A program made the translations under genes and the position numbers. A stretch of 64,000 nt of DNA from Bacteroidales bacterium (GTDB lineage Bacteria > Bacteroidota > Bacteroidia > Bacteroidales > UBA932), in the NCBI GenBank assembly GCA_017443845.1, contig JAFSXX010000048.1:5823-69822 (forward strand). Reading direction: 5' to 3'. Below the pieces are notes generated by a model that saw nothing but the letters and a program-made list of their open reading frames with translations, had not been told where the DNA came from and searched no databases. The stretch's first letter is position 1. The number at the start of each line of letters is the position of its first letter. Below, piece by piece: positions 46,890 through 54,191 of the stretch.

Positions 46890-48079
46890 TTATGATTACA
46901 CAGTTGAGCGACAGCGTGCGCTATATAGGATGTGACGATTTCGACCTCGACCTCTTCGAAGGGCAGTATGCGCTTCCCGAAGGGATGACCTACAATTCGT
47001 ATCTTATCCTCGACGGAAAGGTGGCCGTAATGGATGCCGTGGATGCCTCCAAGGCCGACGAATGGCTCTATAAGCTGGAAGATGCCCTTGAGGGCCGTCT
47101 GCCGGATTATCTGGTGGTCCATCATATGGAGCCCGACCATTCGGGAGCCATCCTCAGGGCGATGGATAAATACCCCGCCATGAAGCTTGTGCTGACCGCG
47201 CAGGCGCTCAAGATGCTCCGTCAGTTCTTTGAGAATGCCGACATCGACGGAAGGACCCTCGTGGTCGGAGACGGCGACAAACTCGAACTTGGCAGCCATA
47301 AACTTACTTTCCTGACGGCCCCGATGGTCCACTGGCCGGAGGTGATGGTCTCGTACGACGAGTTCGACAGCACCCTCTACAGCGCGGATGCATTCGGCAA
47401 GTTCGGTGCTATCGGCAAGTGCGGTTTCTTCGGCTCGGACGATGACGACTGGGCTTGCGAGGCGCGCCGTTATTATTTCAATATCGTCGGCAAGTTCGGG
47501 GCGCAGGTGCAGGCCCTGCTCCGGAAGGTGAAGCCTTTCGAGGTGAAGCGGATATTCCCGCTCCACGGCCCGCTCTTGAAGGAGAATCTGGATTATTATC
47601 TCGAACTCTATGATACGTGGTCCTCATACGCTGCCGAAACAAAGGGCGTAGCGATCGCCTACACTTCGGTTTACGGGCATACCCGCGAAGCCGTGGAGAT
47701 GCTTGCGGCCGAGCTCGAGAAGAGGGGAGTCAAGGTCGCCCTGAGCGACCTGGCCCGCTGCGATATGGCCGAGGCTGTGGAGGATGCGTTCCGCTATGAC
47801 CGCATCGTTTTGGCGACCACCACCTACAACGGCGGAATCTTCCCCTTTATGCATACCTTCATCGAGCATCTCGTGGGACTGGGCTTCCGCAACAAGTGTG
47901 TTGCCTTCATCGAGAACGGCTCCTGGGCTCCGGCCGCTACGCGCAATATGAAGGCGATGCTCGAGCCTTGCGCCAATATGACTTATGCCGCTGCAGGCGT
48001 CAAGATAATGTCGGCCCTCAATGGGGAGAGCCGCGGGCAGATTGTAGCCCTGGCGGACGAACTCTCAAATAACCAGTGA
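46886..48079 (+). CDS. FprA-family A-type flavoprotein (flavodiiron: metallo-beta-lactamase-like plus flavodoxin domains)
   Basis: VVHHMEPDHSG di-iron motif and a C-terminal flavodoxin-like domain (VAIAYTSVYGHTREAVEMLA). The start is ATG 46886 (ATGA overlap) or 46892. Confidence 0.85.
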   Translation: MIMITQLSDSVRYIGCDDFDLDLFEGQYALPEGMTYNSYLILDGKVAVMDAVDASKADEWLYKLEDALEGRLPDYLVVHHMEPDHSGAILRAMDKYPAMKLVLTAQALKMLRQFFENADIDGRTLVVGDGDKLELGSHKLTFLTAPMVHWPEVMVSYDEFDSTLYSADAFGKFGAIGKCGFFGSDDDDWACEARRYYFNIVGKFGAQVQALLRKVKPFEVKRIFPLHGPLLKENLDYYLELYDTWSSYAAETKGVAIAYTSVYGHTREAVEMLAAELEKRGVKVALSDLARCDMAEAVEDAFRYDRIVLATTTYNGGIFPFMHTFIEHLVGLGFRNKCVAFIENGSWAPAATRNMKAMLEPCANMTYAAAGVKIMSALNGESRGQIVALADELSNNQ

Positions 48080-48107
48080 CTTGTACAATTATTAAATATT
48101 TAACGAG

Positions 48108-48506
48108 ATGAAAAAGTTCCTTACAATTGCCTTGAGCTTTGCAGTGGCATTGCTCGCATTCTCTTCCTGCCAGAAGGAGAGTCTTACCGGAAAGGTTACC
48201 TATGCCTTGAATAACTATACCACCGAACTTAACAATGATGACTTCGAGGCATGGCAGGCTGTCGAAAAGAATTACGAAGATGCGCTTTCCGCAATACAGG
48301 GTGTCATTAAGGAGGCCGGCAAGAAGTTCGTCCTCGAAGGCAAGTATGATGCCTGCGACAAGCTGGTTCTGGATGCCTGCGCTGCAGCAGAGGCTAAATC
48401 AGCTTCTTATACCTTCAAGAGCGGTTTCAAGCTCGAGGTCGTAGCCAATTATCCCGCTGGAGACGTCAGGACGGCTACTATTTATTCCCATAAGTTCGGC
48501 AAATAA
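48108..48506 (+). CDS. Small hypothetical lipoprotein
   Basis: Lipobox ALLAFSSC. 132 aa, no recognisable family. Confidence 0.6.
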   Translation: MKKFLTIALSFAVALLAFSSCQKESLTGKVTYALNNYTTELNNDDFEAWQAVEKNYEDALSAIQGVIKEAGKKFVLEGKYDACDKLVLDACAAAEAKSASYTFKSGFKLEVVANYPAGDVRTATIYSHKFGK

Positions 48507-48530
48507 TCCTCAAGGACATATTTGCAACTA

Positions 48531-48566
48531 CAAAGGCTGGAGCAACCGCTCCGGCCTTTGTTTGTT
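48531..48566 (+). terminator. Terminator hairpin after the small lipoprotein gene
   Basis: CAAAGGC-t-GGAGC-aacc-GCTCC-g-GCCTTTG is followed by TTTGTT. Confidence 0.6.
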
Positions 48567-48688
48567 CCGGAGACTGGCATATATCCTGAAAACCTGTGGC
48601 CGCCCATGGCCACATGAATGGGAGGGGCCCACGAAGTGGGAGGGACGGAGCGAAGCGGAGGGTTTTCAGGATATATGCCAGTCTCCGG
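48567..48688. repeat. Long-hairpin element: perfect 28-bp stem with 66-nt GC-rich loop
   Basis: CCGGAGACTGGCATATATCCTGAAAACC (48567-48594) is the exact reverse complement of 48661-48688. The loop contains TGTGGCC/GGCCACA and GGGAGGGGCCCACGAAGTGGGAGGGACGGAGCGAAGCGGAG. Confidence 0.85.
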
Positions 48689-48690
48689 GA

Positions 48691-51600
48691 TTATTGCAGG
48701 CCGAGCATCTTGGTCAGGGACTCGATGAGCGCATCGATCTGATCCTGAGAGGAGAGGGCTTCGATGGGGAAGCCGAGGCTGACGGCATTGTAATCCGGAC
48801 CGATGTAGGCGGTGCCTGCGGGGATGTTGTTGTCGTAGCGGAAGATGGTGAACGTATTGCTGTCCGGGACGGGGACTATCGCGTCGGGCGATTCAACGTG
48901 ATAGCGTACGGAGTTGGGGATGGTGTTGAAGGAGTACCGCTCTCCCGCTTTCAGATGGAAGGGGGAGGAGACGCTGTGGAGACCGCCGCCGGCCGTGGCC
49001 TGCGTGTTAAGCCATTTGTACTTGAGGATATTGGTCACGAATGAGATGGCCGGAGCGATATGCTTCCTGATATATGCGGTGTCCGTCGGGAATCCGTAGA
49101 TGGGATCCCAGAGGTCGGAAGCGATGTAGGCGCCCGAAACAAGGAGGTTTCCCCCCGCGGAGGCATATCTCGCGAGCCGGATCTGCAGGTCGACGGGGAA
49201 GACCTCATAGGCCCACCTCGCGCCGCCGTTGCATCCCTTGACGGTGCGGGTCTGCTTTCCGCAGATCAGGTCGATAAGGCTGTAATCCGCATAGGCAGTG
49301 CTGTCTTCGGGGGCGGCATTGGCCCTGGAGGCGGTGCCGTCGCAGAATGCCTCGCGCGAGCAGGAGGAGAACGCCAGGCCGGCCTTGAGCAGCGCCTTGC
49401 CGTGGATATAGGGGAAATCGAACGTATTGCCGGCGACCGGCGTAGTCTCGTATGTGCCTTGAGACGCTCCGAATCCCGCATTGTCGTCATCCATCCACCT
49501 GACGGAGCGGCGGAATTCGAACTGGGGACCGCAGTAGGAGATATCCTCTATGTAGGGTACGCCGCTGTCCACGATATCGAGGAATCCGGCATATAGGGAG
49601 TCCGTGGTCTCGAATGAGAGGGGAGCGCTGACGCGGTCGAAATTGTTGACAATCAGGGCCTTTTTATCGCCGCCTTCGGAGGGCGCCCCGACCGACAGGA
49701 GCTCGGAATCGAAGCTGCGGCCTCCGGCATTGTAAGCGGCCACCTTGAAACTGTAGATGTGCCCCGGTTCGATGGCGATGCGGGCCGAGCTTCCCTCCAC
49801 CGGGATTCCGTTGTCGAATCCGCCGCCGTCGATACGGGAATAGACGATATATCCGTCGGGAGATGCGGTCGGTTCCTGAGGATCTTCCGTAGGCTTCCAT
49901 TTCAGGACAGCGTACAGATGTCCCTCGGAGTCGTCCAGTGCGGCGCTGAAACCGCTTACCGGCAGCGGCTGGACTATGAATCCGGTGTCGTTGAGATAGG
50001 CCAGATACTTGAGGATGCCCTTGTAGATGGCGCGTGATACCACGAACCGGAATCCGGGATCGAGGCCGTAGCGCATGTCGTTGAAATTCTGGTGGGAGAG
50101 GAGTTCCAGTATCATAGCCGGAACTTCGGGTTGGCTGCACTCCGCATAGGCTTTGTCGCGGAGCGAGCGGCGGGTCCAGTGAGGGTCGTACGAGGCCTGG
50201 ATGTCGGAGACTATCTGGGTCTGGACGACATCGGCGTACTCCCTGGCGATATCGCGTTTCTCGCCGTTGGGATAGCGGTCCTTGCCGTTTATGACACGGG
50301 TGAAGATGGCCAGCGTGCCTATGGTCGAATCCCTCGGGGCGATGCCGGCGTCGCTGTGGAATGCGAATGAGAGGTCGATGGGGATATTGTATCCCGGGCG
50401 TCCAGGATTGACATAGGAGCCTCCGGCCAGCGCATTGACCCACTTGGCGCGGCACTGGAAGTCGTCGGTATAATCTTTCTCGAATGCGGTCGGAGAGTAG
50501 ATGGAATCGGTGAAACCGGCCCACTGCAGCCAGTATCTCGAGCCTTCTGCGGCGCGGGGATAACCGGAGGTTTCGGGCAGGACCTCGAACTCGGGGTTCA
50601 GGGGGCTGCGGGCGATGTTGCCGGTGCCGCCTCCGAACTTGACCGCATCGGCGCTCACTATTGCGCCGGCGCTCGAGCCGCTGTTTGTCAGGTAAACGCC
50701 CTGCCCATTGCCGCTTCCCTCGTCGAAATCGAAGAAGCCGAGGCAAATCCAGGTGCCCCCGCCCATCTGCTGGTTGACGGAGAAGAGGGTGGAACCCCCG
50801 CTGTGGCGCACTTTGTAAAGGGCGGTGCGGGTGCTGTTCTCGACGCTTTTGTATGAGATGTAAACGGCATACCGACCCTTACGGGGGAAATCCGGAGTCC
50901 ATCTTGCGGTGCATTCGTTCGCATTGTCGTCCTTTGCGCCGCTGGTCATTCTCGCTGTTCCCATTTCGAATGGATTGTCGCCGTCGAGGTAATATCCGCC
51001 CTTCTGGCCGAATCCGTATCCCGGAGCCACCGACCAGGTGCCCTGTTCGCCGTATCCGGGCTCCCTGCCGTCGTTGTCCACTATTATCTCGGTGGTATTC
51101 CAGTCCCTCTCGCGCGGCAGGAGCACGTTCGCGCCCGCATTCTCGAGCATCGGGAGCAGGAAGGGGATGACATACGATTGGGTGTAAAGGTCCTCTACGG
51201 TCTGCATCAGGCGGCCCCGCTGCCATTCCCACCGCCGGAGCGACTGCTCATAGTAGAATCCGTGGCTCTGCCAGAGGGCGATGTGGCGTCCCTGCAGGCC
51301 GTGGGTTATGGCGTTGGGCTCGGAGAGCCGCGTTATCAGGGGGACGAGCGCAGCCCTTCCGGCAGATGTCTTTTTGATGTGGTCGCGGACGTATGGGTTG
51401 TATCTGTCAGCGGAGAAGTAGCCCGGGATAAGGTCTTCGAGCATCTTGCCGTCGGTGCGGACTGTGACGTTGCCCTTGTAGTCTTTGTATTTGTCGGGAA
51501 GGGTGGCGTCGATTATCGAATAAATGGTATGGAGATGCCGTTGCCTGAGAGGGTATTCGCTCAGAGTGTTGTTGAATATCAGGTTGAGTTTGCCGCCGGA

Positions 51601-51768
51601 GACCGATGCTCCGCTGACATAGAGTTTGGTGTTGATGTAGGCGTCCTGGCGCAGATAGGAAGTCAGCGAGTCGCACATCGGCTTGAAGGCCGCGATCGGC
51701 CTGCTGGCGGCCGACAGATCGGTCAATGCGGCCAGCAACAATGTTGTGAGTATCAGCAGGCGCCGCAT
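48691..51768 (-). CDS. Large secreted protein with MurNAc-LAA (amidase_3)-like core, golvesin-C-like insert and FN3 domain (family often labelled 'xanthan lyase')
   Basis: Signal peptide. LSFAFHSDAG and VPAMILELLSHQN resemble amidase_3 metal/catalytic blocks. FPRKGRYAVYISY...GGGTWICLGFFDF is golvesin-C-like. YIVYSRIDGGGF...YSFKVAAYNAGGRS is FN3-like. Confidence 0.5.
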   Translation of the reverse strand: MRRLLILTTLLLAALTDLSAASRPIAAFKPMCDSLTSYLRQDAYINTKLYVSGASVSGGKLNLIFNNTLSEYPLRQRHLHTIYSIIDATLPDKYKDYKGNVTVRTDGKMLEDLIPGYFSADRYNPYVRDHIKKTSAGRAALVPLITRLSEPNAITHGLQGRHIALWQSHGFYYEQSLRRWEWQRGRLMQTVEDLYTQSYVIPFLLPMLENAGANVLLPRERDWNTTEIIVDNDGREPGYGEQGTWSVAPGYGFGQKGGYYLDGDNPFEMGTARMTSGAKDDNANECTARWTPDFPRKGRYAVYISYKSVENSTRTALYKVRHSGGSTLFSVNQQMGGGTWICLGFFDFDEGSGNGQGVYLTNSGSSAGAIVSADAVKFGGGTGNIARSPLNPEFEVLPETSGYPRAAEGSRYWLQWAGFTDSIYSPTAFEKDYTDDFQCRAKWVNALAGGSYVNPGRPGYNIPIDLSFAFHSDAGIAPRDSTIGTLAIFTRVINGKDRYPNGEKRDIAREYADVVQTQIVSDIQASYDPHWTRRSLRDKAYAECSQPEVPAMILELLSHQNFNDMRYGLDPGFRFVVSRAIYKGILKYLAYLNDTGFIVQPLPVSGFSAALDDSEGHLYAVLKWKPTEDPQEPTASPDGYIVYSRIDGGGFDNGIPVEGSSARIAIEPGHIYSFKVAAYNAGGRSFDSELLSVGAPSEGGDKKALIVNNFDRVSAPLSFETTDSLYAGFLDIVDSGVPYIEDISYCGPQFEFRRSVRWMDDDNAGFGASQGTYETTPVAGNTFDFPYIHGKALLKAGLAFSSCSREAFCDGTASRANAAPEDSTAYADYSLIDLICGKQTRTVKGCNGGARWAYEVFPVDLQIRLARYASAGGNLLVSGAYIASDLWDPIYGFPTDTAYIRKHIAPAISFVTNILKYKWLNTQATAGGGLHSVSSPFHLKAGERYSFNTIPNSVRYHVESPDAIVPVPDSNTFTIFRYDNNIPAGTAYIGPDYNAVSLGFPIEALSSQDQIDALIESLTKMLGLQ

Positions 51769-51772
51769 CGCT

Positions 51773-52159
51773 TTACTTCCTGAAGAGTGTGACCAGGGCT
51801 ATGATGGTGGAGCCGACAGTGACTGCGGCCACGTTGTAGAAGAGGTCCCACGGGTCGGTTGTCCTGTAGGTGGTGATCTTGTCCTGAAGCAGTTCGAATG
51901 CGAAGCAGAAGATGATTCCCGTGATTATGACAAAGACCAGCGAGCGCCATCTGTTCTTGAAATAGAATGCCGCCTGCGCGAAGAACGGGTAGGGGAAGAA
52001 CATCAGGAAGTGGATCACTTTGTCGATGGGGATGCCCCACAGGCTGCGCGGCACTTTGAAGAATGCCGTCGGATGGCCGAAGCAGAGGTAAACCAGGACT
52101 CCGAGGTAGAGGATGAATACGGCTACGGAGGTAATGTGTGCGCTAGCGTTTCTTGACAT
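51773..52159 (-). CDS. VanZ-like family membrane protein
   Basis: 128 aa, 4 TM segments, with DKVIHFLMFFPYPFF and FELLQ motifs typical of VanZ-like proteins. Confidence 0.7.
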   Translation of the reverse strand: MSRNASAHITSVAVFILYLGVLVYLCFGHPTAFFKVPRSLWGIPIDKVIHFLMFFPYPFFAQAAFYFKNRWRSLVFVIITGIIFCFAFELLQDKITTYRTTDPWDLFYNVAAVTVGSTIIALVTLFRK

Positions 52160-53006
52160 AGTTGCCTCTCTTTTTCTGCAGCCTGACGAAGTCGTCTTCG
52201 GCTTTTACCTTGTCGATGATGGTGGTAACGACTTTGTAAATCTCGCTGCCTGCGGAGTAGTCGGCGCGGCAGATGAAATTGACGCGGTTCTGGCGAAGGA
52301 GTTTGTGGGCCGTGTTTTTCTGTTTGAGGTTGTCGTCCTGATAGACGGCGATGGAGTTGCCGCCGAACATCTTGACTATCTTCATGCAGGGGATGTCGGT
52401 CTCCCCGTCGCCGAGGTAGATCATATTGCTGAAGGGGATGGGTTTCTCATCCTCTTTCTGGCTTTCGTTGACCTTCTTGTTGTCGCTGATGTCCATTATG
52501 CCCTTGGCGATCTTGAAGAGGAACTGGGTCTTGCCGGTGTAATCGACAGCCACTGCGGGCCAGACGGCCTTGCCGCTGTCGTCGTACCAGAATGAGCAGG
52601 CGAATATTTTCTTGAACTCCTTGGCGATGGGGGAGCCTTCGATGAGTTCGGTCTGCCCCGAGGAGTTGATGTAATGCTCGACCTTCACCCCGTGCTCGAT
52701 GCCGTACTGGTTGATGAGCGAGAACCACTCCTTGACGCCTTTGTGCAGCTGGATGTTGCGGCCGAAGGAGACGAAGGAGTCGCGGGTGAGGGAGATGCCC
52801 ACCTTCTCGGCCTCTTCGATCATCAGTTTCATATAGGAGAGGATGGAGTTGACCTCCTGCCCCTGTGGATTGACATTGCTCAGTTCCCAGAACTCTTTCG
52901 GGGTTTTGCCGATGGCCTGGATGAAGCCGAACTCCTGCATGTTGCCGGGCGAAAGCGTCCCGTCAAAATCGTAAATCAGCGCCACTGTAGGTTTCTTCCG
53001 TACCAT
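52143..53006 (-). CDS. HAD-superfamily hydrolase
   Basis: The DxDGT motif in VALIYDFDGTLSPGN and the late YLGDGETDIPCM (GDGxxD) motif. The start is set at MVRKKPT (53006). Confidence 0.75.
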   Translation of the reverse strand: MVRKKPTVALIYDFDGTLSPGNMQEFGFIQAIGKTPKEFWELSNVNPQGQEVNSILSYMKLMIEEAEKVGISLTRDSFVSFGRNIQLHKGVKEWFSLINQYGIEHGVKVEHYINSSGQTELIEGSPIAKEFKKIFACSFWYDDSGKAVWPAVAVDYTGKTQFLFKIAKGIMDISDNKKVNESQKEDEKPIPFSNMIYLGDGETDIPCMKIVKMFGGNSIAVYQDDNLKQKNTAHKLLRQNRVNFICRADYSAGSEIYKVVTTIIDKVKAEDDFVRLQKKRGNYVKKR

Positions 53007-53077
53007 ATCAATTAGTATTTTATCTTGCAAAGATAACAAGAAACGATGATGTTACGATAATTATATCTGACATAATA

Positions 53078-53283
53078 AGGTTTATTATCTGGAGCCGGGA
53101 GGCACTTTCCCCCTGCAGGCAATTGCGGAGGGCCGTAGTGAGACCCGCCCTGACCGCGAAGCGGAGATGGGAGCGAAGCGGCGGGGGCCCATCGGAGCCG
53201 CGAGGCAGGGTGGAGCCGAATAGGCCCGGGAGCACTTCTTGCCTGCAGGGGGAAAGTGCCTTCCGGCGGAAATAATAAACCTT
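53078..53283. repeat. Long-hairpin element, copy 2: the same 116-nt core (53123-53238) clamped by different arms
   Basis: Inner arms 53095-53122 and 53239-53266 form 28 bp with 1 mismatch. Outer arms AAGGTTTATTAT (53078-53089) and ATAATAAACCTT (53272-53283) also pair. The core differs from copy 1 by 14 substitutions with no indels. Confidence 0.9.
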
Positions 53284-53284
53284 C

Positions 53285-54187
53285 CTATGACGATTTCCTG
53301 TCGTGGATCCACATCTGTATGGCGTTGACTATGTTCTGGCATATTGAGTAGCAGGCGCAATAGACAGAGGCCAGGGGGTGGAGATAGGTGTTTGCCATCC
53401 AGATGCCGACGGCTGTGTTTTTCTGGAAGAGGAGCTGGCCGCCAGCGATCTTGTCGCCGAAACGCTTTCCGATGGCGCGGCCAGTGAAAAACTGGACGAC
53501 GCAGAGGACGACTGCCGAAGCGGCGAGGATGAGGATGCTGCCGAGATTGCCCTTGCCGTGGAGGAAGATGAAATCGATGGTCTGGCCGAGGCTGATGAAC
53601 AGGACCGTGGCCCAGAGGTAGAACGCGGCCCCTTTGAATCCGGCTATCCTGTCGTTGACTTTGGGTAGCAGAATCTGCAGCAGCAGGGCTGTGAAGAAGG
53701 GGAGGGCTATCATCGTGCCGATGCGCTTGAAGATGGTCCAGAATGAGATCAGGAAGGGAATCTCCCTATGGACTCCGACGAAGGAGAAAATCACCGGGGC
53801 GGCTGCGGCGGTGGCGAGGTTGCCGATTATGGTAAAGGTCGTCACCCTCTGGCGGTCGGCGCCCAGGATGGTGGAAATCACTGCGACTGCAGCCGCAACA
53901 GGGCAGATGATGCCCACGAGGATGCCTTCGGCGATTATCTGGTTGTGGGATATCGACATCACGAGGAGATATCCTCCGATTCCCAGGACGAACTGGACCA
54001 GCAGCAGCCAGGAATCCATCCAGGACGGGCGGAGCTTGCGCAGGTCCACGGCGCAGAAGGTAAGAAGCAGGATTGTGAAAATAATGTATGGCGAAGCCAC
54101 CGCGGCGGCTCCGCAGAACCTATGAAATATGACTCCCAGCAGCAGGGCTGCCGGGAGTACATAACTTCTGTATCGGGTTAGCTGCAT
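53285..54187 (-). CDS. Polytopic transporter, BASS/SBF-like (bile acid:Na+ symporter family) candidate
   Basis: 300 aa with about 9-10 TM segments. The composition and length fit the SBF-like family. The start is set at MQLTRYRS (54187). Confidence 0.45.
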   Translation of the reverse strand: MQLTRYRSYVLPAALLLGVIFHRFCGAAAVASPYIIFTILLLTFCAVDLRKLRPSWMDSWLLLVQFVLGIGGYLLVMSISHNQIIAEGILVGIICPVAAAVAVISTILGADRQRVTTFTIIGNLATAAAAPVIFSFVGVHREIPFLISFWTIFKRIGTMIALPFFTALLLQILLPKVNDRIAGFKGAAFYLWATVLFISLGQTIDFIFLHGKGNLGSILILAASAVVLCVVQFFTGRAIGKRFGDKIAGGQLLFQKNTAVGIWMANTYLHPLASVYCACYSICQNIVNAIQMWIHDRKSS

Positions 54188-54191
54188 CTTG

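Noticed and set aside
53020-53235. 71-aa ORF (and the overlapping 53085-53360 ORF) inside long-hairpin element copy 2 as a small protein gene
   Set aside because: Compared with copy 1, most nucleotide substitutions are nonsynonymous in that frame. Start and stop positions are not shared between copies, and the ORF runs into the hairpin arm. The conservation is better explained at the nucleotide or structure level.
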